DNA of 50,443 bases from Candidatus Saccharimonadota bacterium (GTDB taxonomy: Bacteria; Patescibacteriota; Saccharimonadia; Saccharimonadales; 2-12-FULL-41-12), in the NCBI GenBank assembly GCA_016219345.1, contig JACRNE010000007.1, forward strand, positions 1 through 50,443, given 5' to 3'. Each line of letters begins with the position of its first letter. Position 1 is the first letter of the stretch. Under the pieces are notes generated by a model. That model was given only the letters and a program-made list of their open reading frames with translations, was not told the origin of the DNA and searched no databases. The translations under genes and the position numbers were made by a program. This document shows positions 10,701 to 21,170 of the stretch, piece after piece.

Positions 10701-11617
10701 GGGCAGAAACAAGCTATCAAGTCCAAAAACTTCGAGACAACCCAAGGTTAGCTGAACAAGAATTTAAATCTATTTCTGACGATAAAAAAACTAAGATAGT
10801 GTCTAAAATAACTTTTGAAAACCTATCAAAGACTTATAAGACACGTCCCAAGGCAGCCATTCTAAGAGAGCAAGGAGTCAACGGTCAGCTTGAAATGGCA
10901 GCGGCTTTTGACATGGCTGGATTTGAAACAGTCGATGTTCACCTAAACGATCTTGTGACTAACAAATTATCGCTGAAGGATTTTTCTGTTTTGGCAGCGT
11001 GCGGCGGGTTCTCTTATGGTGACGTTCTGGGTGCAGGACAGGGGGTAAACAAGTCAATTTTATTTAATGATAAATTACTAAATCAATTTAAGGATTTCTT
11101 CGAGAGGAAAGACACCTTGACACTCGGCGTGTGTAATGGCTGCCAGATGCTCTCAGGACTAAAGGATCTCATCCCTGGAGCAGAATTCTGGCCTAAGTTT
11201 TCACATAATCTTTCCGGGAGATTTGAAGCTAGGTTAGTAAACTTAAAAATTAATAAAAGTCCTTCAATTTTATTTAAAGGAATGGACGGATCAATTCTAC
11301 CAATACCGGTCGCACACGGTGAAGGAAGGGTGATATTTGACTCTTCTGCTGATGAAAAATATGCACTTGAAAATAATCTTGTCTCCGCACAGTACGTCGA
11401 CGGCGCTGGCAACGCAGCAAATAATTACCCAGCAAATCCTAACGGCTCAAAAAATGGCATGACATCTATGACAAGTCTGGATGGAAGAGCCACTATTTTA
11501 ATGCCTCATCCTGAAAGAGTATTCTTAACAAAACAGCTATCATGGCGTCCTGAAAATTGGGATAAAAATAGCCCATGGCTAAGAATATTTCAGAATGCAC
11601 GAGATTTTATAGGTTAG
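7778..11617 (+). CDS. purL: Phosphoribosylformylglycinamidine synthase, large single-chain form
   Basis: NSEHCRHKIFNA, KVETHNHPT, GGFSYGD, GVCNGCQ and MPHPER within 1279 aa. Confidence 0.98.
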   Translation: MLIFGEVNALASFKKDRLLEELRGLDENIIGVSAEFIHFIENTKPLDKSSETKLKKLLTYDESYEEDKKGEFFLVTPRPGTISPWSSKATDIARSSNLKEVKRIERGTAYYIESKKSLDRVKISKLLADRMTQVVLDDIKKAEVLFKSEKPRTYEQIDLGKNGFEQLGKMNKKLGLALSDDEIEYLVDAYKKAGRNPTDVELMMFSVVNSEHCRHKIFNADWLIDGKPADKSLFKMIKNTYQKSPEDVLSAYSDNAAVLKGPKVKQFFADQKTKTYSYNDEAANIVIKVETHNHPTAIAPYPGASTGVGGEIRDEAATGRGAKSKMGLTGFNVSNLNIPGYNQPWEKFYGKPDRIVSALDIMIESPLGGAGFANEFGRPNLAGYFRTYEQEHEGDIRGYHKPIMIAGGMGNVLDDNVSKGSIKAGDKLIVLGGPAMLIGLGGGSASSIEAGKSDEDLDFASVQRDNAEMQRRAQEVINSCWNQKKDNPIISIHDVGAGGLSNAFPELVHDQDLGGEFELRDIPNAEPGLSPLEIWCNEAQERYVLAISEKNLEKFKKICEREKCPFAVIGTATKEKNLVLNDRLFKNKPIDIPMSLLFGNPPKMTRKFETKNPKYKTLETKDIAINEAVERVLRLPAVASKKFLITIGDRTVGGLVTRDQMVGPWQVPVSDVSVTAASYNEMHGEAVAIGERSPIALINSPASGRMAVGEVITNIISADIEKISDIKLSANWMAAAGHKSEDKNLYETVKALGEDFCPDLGICIPVGKDSLSMRTSWDEKGKNKSVTAPLSVVISGFAPVSDTSKTLTPELKNVSSELILIDLGEGKSRLGASAFAQTYSQVGNEVPDANAKLLKKFFKVLSGLKKDEKILAYHDRSDGGLITTLLEMSFASRLGLDVDISEITSEPLQALFNEELGAVIQVSDKESDKILEVLRKELGDNVYRIGKIRKDEQIVISRDGSEIYKNTRAKLESYWAETSYQVQKLRDNPRLAEQEFKSISDDKKTKIVSKITFENLSKTYKTRPKAAILREQGVNGQLEMAAAFDMAGFETVDVHLNDLVTNKLSLKDFSVLAACGGFSYGDVLGAGQGVNKSILFNDKLLNQFKDFFERKDTLTLGVCNGCQMLSGLKDLIPGAEFWPKFSHNLSGRFEARLVNLKINKSPSILFKGMDGSILPIPVAHGEGRVIFDSSADEKYALENNLVSAQYVDGAGNAANNYPANPNGSKNGMTSMTSLDGRATILMPHPERVFLTKQLSWRPENWDKNSPWLRIFQNARDFIG

Positions 11618-11656
11618 TGCTTGACTGTGCGTTAGCCCGCACCATAAGCTGTTTAT

Positions 11657-12928
11657 ATGGTTTTAACACGTGCCGACAAACTACGAACTAAGATACAAAA
11701 TTTATCTATTGGCAAAAAACAGCCAAAGCTATCTATAAATGACGTCCAACCAGCACTTGATTATATCCAGGCGTACTGGCACAAACTGGAAAGGTATCAT
11801 CCTAAAGATGACGAAAATATAATAGGTTTACCTAATAAATTCTTAGTGCCATCTTTTGAGGAAGGGCATGAGTTTGATTTTAACGAGATGTATTACTGGG
11901 ACAGTTATTTTATGGTCCAAGGTATTCTAGACGATCAGCACAAAGAAATGGTCATTGGAACTTTAGATAATCTTACCTACCTTTTCGAGAGGTTTAATGT
12001 CATTCCAAATGCTTCTAGGCTATATTTGAGCAGTCGCTCACAACCACCATTGCTCACAAGTTTTATCTGGGATGTTTATGAGTCTTACGATCTAGACCAG
12101 AAATGGCTAGACAAGCACATAGACATAGCTAGGAGAGAATATGAGACGGTTTGGCTAGGAACACGCAAACCTAACGCAAGACAGGTCTACAGAGGCTTGA
12201 GCCGCTATTACGACATCAACTACATCCATGATATAGCGGAAACCGAAAGCGGCTGGGATATGACACCTCGTTTTAACAGAAAGGCCTTGGACTATCTACC
12301 TATTGACTTGAATTGCCTTCTTTACAAATACGAACTTGATTTTGCCAGATATTACCAGCTGAAGGATGATTTGAATGCTTCTGCTGAATGGGAGCAAAAA
12401 GCAGAGACACGAAAACAAACCATAAATGATCTTATGTGGAGTAATCTAAGAGGGCTGTTTTTTGACTACAATTATGTCAAGGAGAAGCGGGGAACTGTGA
12501 GTTCGCTAGCTGCTTATTATACGATGTGGGCAGGGTTAGCAAGCGACGAACAGGCAGAAAAACTTGTTAAAGCATTGAGCCGTTTTGAATACGATGGCGG
12601 CCTAGCCACCACGGACCTACAGCCAAATATGTATGTCATCGGCACCCCGATAACTCCAACTCAATGGGCGTATCCAAACGGTTGGGCGCCACTCCATTTT
12701 ATAGTTATCGAAGGCTTAGAGCGCTACGGATATCACAAAGATGCTGAGAGAATAGCTAAAAAATGGCTTCAGACAAACTTAGACTGGTTCAATGAGCATG
12801 GAGTTTTTCTGGAAAAATATAACGTAGTAAATCCAACCAAACCGCCGCAAAAAGGACTTTACCCATCGCAGACAGGATTTGGCTGGACTAACTCTGTGTT
12901 TGCTTATCTAGCTAAGAAGTATTTGTAG
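11657..12928 (+). CDS. Alpha,alpha-trehalase (GH37)
   Basis: F.EMYYWDSYF, IPN...Y..RSQPP, ESGWD, QW.YPNGWAP and Q.GFGWTN. Confidence 0.93.
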   Translation: MVLTRADKLRTKIQNLSIGKKQPKLSINDVQPALDYIQAYWHKLERYHPKDDENIIGLPNKFLVPSFEEGHEFDFNEMYYWDSYFMVQGILDDQHKEMVIGTLDNLTYLFERFNVIPNASRLYLSSRSQPPLLTSFIWDVYESYDLDQKWLDKHIDIARREYETVWLGTRKPNARQVYRGLSRYYDINYIHDIAETESGWDMTPRFNRKALDYLPIDLNCLLYKYELDFARYYQLKDDLNASAEWEQKAETRKQTINDLMWSNLRGLFFDYNYVKEKRGTVSSLAAYYTMWAGLASDEQAEKLVKALSRFEYDGGLATTDLQPNMYVIGTPITPTQWAYPNGWAPLHFIVIEGLERYGYHKDAERIAKKWLQTNLDWFNEHGVFLEKYNVVNPTKPPQKGLYPSQTGFGWTNSVFAYLAKKYL

Positions 12929-13483
12929 TTATTTTTCGGCAGGCTTTTTCTTTGACTCGCCTTTATCACTATATAGGCTTTTAACCTGAGCAAGTAGATA
13001 GAAACCAATCAATGCGCCGAGCGCCGCACCAAGCAATGAACCAAAGCCACCACCGTAACGACCATCTACGAAGACCGCGATAACACCGTAAGCTAGGTTG
13101 AATAGAGTAGAGATTAGCAAAATATCCCAACCGCGTTTTTTACTCTTGTCCTTAAGGCCAGGGAAGGCGATTAGTAGAAGAGCTGCACTTACAACAATCG
13201 CTCCGACTGCAACATAATACGTTGGTCCTAGATCGTAAGTTGGCGTATCAACACCGTAAGCACGAGAAATATCGTTCCAGTAATTAACAACTTGGTCTAC
13301 ATAATGACCAGCTCGCCACAAATTCCAGGCTGCTAAAAGCTGCAAAATACCAAAGATCAGTGCTATCCAAGGAAACCACTCTACAAGGCCTTTGCGACCA
13401 TTAGCTGGTATCTGGAAAGGAGCCTTTTTTACTAGATACTCGTCCATTAATTTTTCTATTGATTTAAACATTTTATCCCCCAA
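12929..13483 (-). CDS. Hypothetical integral membrane protein (about 4 TM)
   Basis: 184-aa ORF with multiple hydrophobic segments. Confidence 0.75.
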   Translation of the reverse strand: MGDKMFKSIEKLMDEYLVKKAPFQIPANGRKGLVEWFPWIALIFGILQLLAAWNLWRAGHYVDQVVNYWNDISRAYGVDTPTYDLGPTYYVAVGAIVVSAALLLIAFPGLKDKSKKRGWDILLISTLFNLAYGVIAVFVDGRYGGGFGSLLGAALGALIGFYLLAQVKSLYSDKGESKKKPAEK

Positions 13484-13575
13484 GGTTTTATATGATTAGT
13501 TTAAGAATACCTCTTTTTTATTATTTTAATCAATACAGCCTGTGGAAAGGTGTGACTTAAGCTACAATTAAATGA

Positions 13576-16500
13576 ATGGGAAGTTACGGCTTAGAATACA
13601 AAAAACTAAACTCCGCTCAGCAAAAAGCTGTAGATACTATTGATGGTCCGCTTTTAGTGATTGCCGGGCCAGGTACGGGTAAAACGCAACTACTAGCAAT
13701 GAGAGTGGCTAATATTCTCAAGTCTACAGATACGGATCAGTATTCCATCCTATGCCTAACATTCACTAATAAAGCAGCCGTGAACATGAAGGATAGAATA
13801 ATTAAGCTCACTGACGGAGGTGGAGCAGGAGTTAATGTAAGAACTTTTCACAGTTTTGCGGCCGAAATTATGAATTTATATCCGGACAGCTTCTGGCAAG
13901 GTGCTGATTTAACGGTTGCTCCAGAATCAGTACAGTTAGACATAATCGAGTCAATTATCTCAGAGCTGCCACTAGATAATCCGCTGGCGCTAAAGTTTGC
14001 TGGCCAATACACACTAGTAAATGATGTTCAAAGCGCGATTAATTTGGTTAAAGAGGCTGGTCTTACCCCTGATGATCTTAAAAAAATAATTAACTCGAAC
14101 ATCGCCTATATAGAGTCAATAAGCCAGGATCTAATAGAAATTTTTTCACCCAGGCTATCCAACAAGAAATTAAAACCACTGTTAAGTCTGGTCGAAAAGC
14201 TACCAGAACAAAAAGAAGAATTTAAATTTCCATTTCTGTCATTTAAGAAAGCGTTGAGCGAAAATCTATCCATAGCGATTGATAAAGATCTTGAAGGCGC
14301 CGGCACTATAAATACCCGCAAAATTAAAAATAAATTAATCCAAAATATTGATGGTAACTTTGGCCCGTTTGAGGAAATTAAGAGAAACAATTGGTGGCTA
14401 AATCTAGCTGAAGTTTATGAATCATATAGAGAGGAAATGCATAAAAGGGGATTTTATGACTACTCTGACATGATTGTGGAGGTGATATCAGAGCTTAGTC
14501 AGAACCCTGATATGCTAGCGGACTTGCAGGAAAGATATTTATACGTTTTGATTGACGAATTTCAAGATACAAATCCCGCCCAACTAGCCTTAGCTAAGCT
14601 AGTCTCTGAGCATTATTCCGATGAAGGTAAGCCGAATATTATGGCTGTCGGCGACGATGATCAATCAATATATAAATTCAACGGTGCTGAACTAAGCAAT
14701 ATGATGAACTTCAAGCGAGAATACCCACAAGGTGAACTAATAGTCTTAACAGATAATTACAGATCATCACAAGCCATTCTTGAGACTTCAGAAACAGTGA
14801 TTAACTTAGCATCAAATAGGTTAGTTGGTAGATTCGAAGGTCTCAATAAAAAATTAACAGCCGCTACAGATGATAGATCTAAATCCATAATTATTGCTGA
14901 AAAGTACTCCTCTAGGGAAGAGCAGCTGTCAGCGGTAGCCCGCAGAGTAAAGGAGGACAAGAAAAAAGGCCTAGAAATAGCTGTCATAGCCAGAAATCAC
15001 GACAGCTTGATTAAGATGGCATCACTTTTGCAGCAGGTGAGTGTACCTGTCCATTATGAACAGCAGTCCAACATTTTGGATCATGAGATGGTTAAGCAGG
15101 TGTATTTAGTAATCAGCCTTTTAGAATCTCTGCAAAACGGCGATAGAAACAACGTTAATGCAACAATTCATAAGGTCATCAGACATCCGCTCTGGGGAAT
15201 TAAGCCAGAAAATCTATGGTCACTGGCAAAGAATAATTTTAACAGTCCAAATTGGCTTGAAAGCATGCTTGGCTCAAATGATGAGACGATTAAAAATTTA
15301 GCCAATTGGTTTTTATGGCTATCAAAAGAATCCTCACGCCAGCCTTTGGCCGTAACTCTTGAATATATCTTGGGCTTACGTGGAAATAAAAAATTCACCT
15401 CTCCTATGAAATCCTACTTTTTAGATGAAAAACAGGATGTGGGAACATACTTTCACGGTATAAGCGCAGTCCAACTGCTACGCTCGCTTGTAAATGATTT
15501 TTCTAAATCTGGCGAGCCTAGCTTATCTGATCTAGTAAGATTTATCGACATAAATATGAATAATCATAAAATCATAGCCGATGAATCACCATTTGTTTCA
15601 GGAAACGATGGAGTGCAGCTCTTAACAGTTCATAAATCTAAGGGACTAGAGTTTGATAGTGTTTATATAGTTGATCTTATAGAAAAAAATTGGCAGCCGC
15701 GCGGTCACTCACGTAAATCACCTCTTAATCTACCGCTGCAGCCAGCCGGTGATGATATAGACGATTACGTGCGGCTCTTGTACGTAGCCATCACAAGAGC
15801 CAGGAGAAAAGTTTATCTAAGTGGTTTTTGCAAAGATCATTCAGGCTCAGACGTAGCTTTATCACCACTGTTTTTAAGTTCATTTGATGTCAAAGATGCC
15901 AAAGAAAATGCACCAGAAAATCTAGTAGGTATTTTGGAAGCACACTTGCATTGGCCTGATCTTTCAAAGGCTGATGAGAAGGAAGTATTAAAGGCTAGGC
16001 TTAAAACTTACAATCTAAGTGTTACGGATCTTATTAACTTTCTTGATCTTGAAAATGCTGGGCCGAAATACTTTAAAGAACATAATCTGCTCAGGCTACC
16101 TGAAGCAAAAAGCCCAAGTCTTTCCCACGGAACCGCTATGCATTCTGCTCTGGAGTATGCCCAAAAATTAACAAACCAAAATAAATTTAATTTAGAAGAA
16201 GTAGTTAATAAATACGAAGGATCATTAAAGAATGAACGTCTCTCTGTAGCTGAGTATCAGAAATTTCTGAAGCATGGTCGCGCTATGCTAAAACAACTTT
16301 TTGAAGTTTATGGATACTCTCTAAGTCCAAACGGCAAGACAGAACAAAAACTAAAAGATATTATCGTAGATGAAGCCAGAATTAGCGGCAAGCTAGACGT
16401 AATAAATTCATACGCAGATGTAGTTGAGGTGGTGGACTACAAGACAGGTAAAGGCGTGCCTAGTATTCACAGCAAGGCGAAAAACCTGGAGGGTAAGATC

Positions 16501-16794
16501 TGGCGGTATAAAACACAACTGGCATTTTACCAGCTGCTTTTAGAAAGCAGTGGTAGATTAAGTAAAAATAAAACCTACATAGGCAAGGTTGTTTTTGTGG
16601 AGACCGATAATAAGAAGTCTTTGACTCAAAGTTACCAGCCAAATAAAGAGGAGTTGGGACAACTTAAAACATTAGTTACTTCTGTCTGGCAAAAAATAAT
16701 AAATCTAGACCTACCTGACACATCAAGATACACAGAAGATCATGAAGGCACCAAATCCTTTATGGCTGACTTGATAAATAACAATATTAACTGA
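13576..16794 (+). CDS. UvrD/PcrA-like SF1 helicase fused to a C-terminal PD-(D/E)XK (RecB-like) nuclease
   Basis: AGPGTGKT, LTFTNKAA, IDEFQDTN, VGDDDQSIY, TVHKSKGLEF, YVAITRAR; C-terminal GKLD...VVDYKTG...QL.FY. Confidence 0.92.
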   Translation: MGSYGLEYKKLNSAQQKAVDTIDGPLLVIAGPGTGKTQLLAMRVANILKSTDTDQYSILCLTFTNKAAVNMKDRIIKLTDGGGAGVNVRTFHSFAAEIMNLYPDSFWQGADLTVAPESVQLDIIESIISELPLDNPLALKFAGQYTLVNDVQSAINLVKEAGLTPDDLKKIINSNIAYIESISQDLIEIFSPRLSNKKLKPLLSLVEKLPEQKEEFKFPFLSFKKALSENLSIAIDKDLEGAGTINTRKIKNKLIQNIDGNFGPFEEIKRNNWWLNLAEVYESYREEMHKRGFYDYSDMIVEVISELSQNPDMLADLQERYLYVLIDEFQDTNPAQLALAKLVSEHYSDEGKPNIMAVGDDDQSIYKFNGAELSNMMNFKREYPQGELIVLTDNYRSSQAILETSETVINLASNRLVGRFEGLNKKLTAATDDRSKSIIIAEKYSSREEQLSAVARRVKEDKKKGLEIAVIARNHDSLIKMASLLQQVSVPVHYEQQSNILDHEMVKQVYLVISLLESLQNGDRNNVNATIHKVIRHPLWGIKPENLWSLAKNNFNSPNWLESMLGSNDETIKNLANWFLWLSKESSRQPLAVTLEYILGLRGNKKFTSPMKSYFLDEKQDVGTYFHGISAVQLLRSLVNDFSKSGEPSLSDLVRFIDINMNNHKIIADESPFVSGNDGVQLLTVHKSKGLEFDSVYIVDLIEKNWQPRGHSRKSPLNLPLQPAGDDIDDYVRLLYVAITRARRKVYLSGFCKDHSGSDVALSPLFLSSFDVKDAKENAPENLVGILEAHLHWPDLSKADEKEVLKARLKTYNLSVTDLINFLDLENAGPKYFKEHNLLRLPEAKSPSLSHGTAMHSALEYAQKLTNQNKFNLEEVVNKYEGSLKNERLSVAEYQKFLKHGRAMLKQLFEVYGYSLSPNGKTEQKLKDIIVDEARISGKLDVINSYADVVEVVDYKTGKGVPSIHSKAKNLEGKIWRYKTQLAFYQLLLESSGRLSKNKTYIGKVVFVETDNKKSLTQSYQPNKEELGQLKTLVTSVWQKIINLDLPDTSRYTEDHEGTKSFMADLINNNIN

Positions 16795-16796
16795 TC

Positions 16797-17849
16797 TTAT
16801 CTAGGACTACGCACACCAAACTTTGGCGATCCATCCAGTAGAACCATACCAGTTGCAATAGTCTGTGCGACACGAATATGCTTATACATGGACTGATGTT
16901 CAGGGTTATCTGAGATTATTTTAGCAATCTCATCATCAAACCAAGAATCGACACTGAATACAGGCATTCTTCCATTGGTTAGAGCATTCTGATGATCTGT
17001 ATGTAGGGTGGTATTTGGGACCATATTCTTTATTAAGCCTACCCCTAGATGTTCGCCTCCACGCTGCTCATAACCCTTAGGATTTATACTACAAACTGTA
17101 TCTACAATCTCAGAAGGTGAAGGGATGTATAAGCCAGCCGCCGTAACGTTAGCACGGGCGCTTTCGGAAACTCGGCTGAATGCGTCATTTGAAAATTCAT
17201 CCTGGCCCATATAGGCCTTCACTAATCCTAAATAGCCTCCTGTCTGGTCAGAATAGGCGTTGCTTAGTGTCCAAAGCTGCTTTTCCAACGACATATTGGC
17301 GCCACATCCGTCCTTGCCAGACTTAGCATCACCATGTGTGCCTGAGGTATATCCTGCTTGTCTTAATATTTCATCGAACTCTTTGATATCTTGCTCGATA
17401 CTACCAGCATATTCGGGCTTAAGAGTCCTTTTCAAAACACTGTAAGCAACAGACATGGATACGCTAGCGCCAAACGCTTGAGGCCCAAGGGCACGCTCGA
17501 ATTTCACCGGATCGTTATCATCATAGCCTTCGTTTTCTCTTTCATCACCACACCTTATTGCCGCACCTTTTGCCGTAGGCACATAAGACATTGACGCAGC
17601 TTCAAAGCCCCTGGCTGCATCATCCACGCTTATCTCACCATTTTCAATACGCGAACTCAGAGAAACGCCACCGGACCACAAAACATCTGGTGTTACCTCA
17701 TTTAGGGCTCCAACTATCACAATTTGCCCCGAATTTTGTGACTGCTCATGAATTGATGTTTTGAGCTCGTCTAGACCGCTCTGTCTTTCCATGCCTACTC
17801 CTATTATATTTGCTGAATTATCCATACCACTACCTTCGAAAGAACGCAT
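16797..17849 (-). CDS. Putative zeta-class (CDCA1-like) carbonic anhydrase
   Basis: RCGDER (CxDxR) and HGD-x6-GCG with His-Cys spacing of 10, as in CDCA1 metal ligands; downstream G.H motif. Confidence 0.6.
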   Translation of the reverse strand: MRSFEGSGMDNSANIIGVGMERQSGLDELKTSIHEQSQNSGQIVIVGALNEVTPDVLWSGGVSLSSRIENGEISVDDAARGFEAASMSYVPTAKGAAIRCGDERENEGYDDNDPVKFERALGPQAFGASVSMSVAYSVLKRTLKPEYAGSIEQDIKEFDEILRQAGYTSGTHGDAKSGKDGCGANMSLEKQLWTLSNAYSDQTGGYLGLVKAYMGQDEFSNDAFSRVSESARANVTAAGLYIPSPSEIVDTVCSINPKGYEQRGGEHLGVGLIKNMVPNTTLHTDHQNALTNGRMPVFSVDSWFDDEIAKIISDNPEHQSMYKHIRVAQTIATGMVLLDGSPKFGVRSPR

Positions 17850-17922
17850 ATGTTCTAAAATATCCTCTTCTAATTTTTTGATTTATTTAACAAACAAGTA
17901 GGTAATATACTCCTAGTTTTAA

Positions 17923-18276
17923 CTAGATGCAAGGGCCTTCATACAGTTGAGGGGAGCTACTTTTTCTAAGCTCTTCCTCAACTTCTAAAAATTCTCTTAT
18001 TATGTCTGTTTTTAGAGGTGTTTTTGACATGGCCCCAATCCTGCCTAGGTTTAAGAGACTTTCTTCTATCTGGTGCATTGAGCTAGGCCTATCGGGTACT
18101 CTTTCTGAAACAACTATCTTACCGTCAACTCTTCCAACGACCGTATCTTCACCAAGCAGCCGGTCTGAATCGTCCTTGCTCAGAACATCGAAGGGCACAA
18201 TCAGCCCATCCACCACTATGGTACCGAACTCGTGAGCTCTATATTGTGGTCTTAGAAAGGGGTCTCGCTCTGCCAT
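17923..18276 (-). CDS. Hypothetical protein
   Basis: 117-aa ORF with GGAG upstream; no motif recognised. Confidence 0.6.
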   Translation of the reverse strand: MAERDPFLRPQYRAHEFGTIVVDGLIVPFDVLSKDDSDRLLGEDTVVGRVDGKIVVSERVPDRPSSMHQIEESLLNLGRIGAMSKTPLKTDIIREFLEVEEELRKSSSPQLYEGPCI

Positions 18277-18334
18277 TAATCAGCACTCCATAAAATATCT
18301 AAAAAAACTACTATACTACTTTTACATTATTTGT

Positions 18335-18766
18335 CTAGTATTTTCTTTTGGAGTGTTTTTTTAGGTTGGCTAACTGCAATCTTACAGCCTGGCGGTCCAT
18401 CATAGCTTGTGCCTCTGAGAGCGACACAGCATCTTTAGCCTTAGATATCATTTCCTCGGCGCGCTTTAGAGCTGCTTGAGCTTCCTGTTCACTAACCTCA
18501 AAAGGCGTATCGAGCTCATCCACGAGAACTTGGATGGTGTCATTTAGTATCTCAACTGTTCCGTCATATACGCCATACTGGTCGCGTTGATCGTCTTTGT
18601 CGGCTTTTTTCTTCCTAACGCTCAGTAGGCCTGGAGCAACTTCGCCGAGAAGTGGCGCGTGACCACCATAAACGCCGATAGTACCACCGGTTGTAGGAAC
18701 CATGACCTCATAGACATCTTCGTCTATTTCAGTCCCTGAGAGTGTTATTAGTTTCAGGTGTATCAT
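18335..18766 (-). CDS. atpC: ATP synthase F1 epsilon subunit
   Basis: G.IGV..GHAPL, beta-sandwich plus C-terminal helical hairpin; last gene of the atp operon. Confidence 0.95.
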   Translation of the reverse strand: MIHLKLITLSGTEIDEDVYEVMVPTTGGTIGVYGGHAPLLGEVAPGLLSVRKKKADKDDQRDQYGVYDGTVEILNDTIQVLVDELDTPFEVSEQEAQAALKRAEEMISKAKDAVSLSEAQAMMDRQAVRLQLANLKKHSKRKY

Positions 18767-20169
<1,403 letters not shown>

Positions 20170-20180
20170 TTATTCATGTT

Positions 20181-20304
20181 CATGATTGCTTTATCTGAGT
20201 CCACTACAAGGCTTGACTGAGAAGTGGACCGAGCTGTATATGATGATACAGCGAGGGAACCTCGCAAGTCATAACGCAGTAGTGGGCTCATAGAAACAAT
20301 CATG
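20181..20304. repeat. ~124-nt palindromic element (MITE/RPE-like) between atpG and atpD
   Basis: ~26-nt imperfect terminal inverted repeats (catgattg..tgagtccactac / gtagtgggctca..caatcatg) and an internal gctgtat...atacagc hairpin. Confidence 0.7.
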
Positions 20305-21169
20305 CGGCTACGGCCTCGGCTCCGCCGACTATCTCCGCAATCTCTTGCGTAATCGCTGCCTGGCGAGCTGTGTTAAATTCTAATGTTAAATCATCAATAA
20401 TTTCGGTAGCGTTATCCGTTGCACTCTTCATTGCTACCATTCGTGCAGAATGCTCGCTAGCTAGACTTTCTAAGACTGCCTGCCATAGTTGAGCTTCGAT
20501 TAATCTAGTCACAGCAGGTTCAACTATTGTTTCAATCCCTGGCTCAAAAATAGCTACTTCTAGTTCAGACCAAGTTTTTTCGCCCTCAACTTTTGTAGGT
20601 AGAAGCTCATTTACACGTACTTCCTGCGATATATTAGAGACAAATCCAGTGTAGATGATATTGACTGCATCAATTGATTTGTTTGAATACATCTCAAAGA
20701 TCGAGTGTACAATCGGCCTAATGTCTGAAGGCTTTGGATCCTTAGCAAACATCGGGTAGGCGCTAGCAAGCTCCACACCGTTTAATCGGGCAACAAAGGT
20801 TGAGCCTACGCGGCCGACGGTAACCACTTTGGTCTTTATTTTGGCCTTTCTATCTTCTTCAAGCTGAACCACTAAACGCTTTAGAACACTACTGTTATAG
20901 GCACCTGCTAGCCCTCTATCACTGGTTATAACAATGACTAAACGGCTGTCAATCGGACGTGTTACAAATAATGGATGATTAGCCACATCGCTAACTCCAC
21001 CAATGCGCTTTAATATCTCCTGAGCAGCGCTACGATAGTCTCTGGTGGTAACAGCCTCAGCCTGTGCTCGACGCATCTTTGAAGCAGCTACCAACTCCAT
21101 AGCTTTGGTGATTTGCTTAGTGTTCTTTACAGAACCAATTCGCCTTTTTAACTGCTGCGTTGAACCCAT
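20300..21169 (-). CDS. atpG: ATP synthase F1 gamma subunit
   Basis: ITKAMELVAASK, TSDRGLAG and RQAAITQEIAEIVGG. Confidence 0.97.
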   Translation of the reverse strand: MGSTQQLKRRIGSVKNTKQITKAMELVAASKMRRAQAEAVTTRDYRSAAQEILKRIGGVSDVANHPLFVTRPIDSRLVIVITSDRGLAGAYNSSVLKRLVVQLEEDRKAKIKTKVVTVGRVGSTFVARLNGVELASAYPMFAKDPKPSDIRPIVHSIFEMYSNKSIDAVNIIYTGFVSNISQEVRVNELLPTKVEGEKTWSELEVAIFEPGIETIVEPAVTRLIEAQLWQAVLESLASEHSARMVAMKSATDNATEIIDDLTLEFNTARQAAITQEIAEIVGGAEAVAA

Positions 21170-21170
21170 G

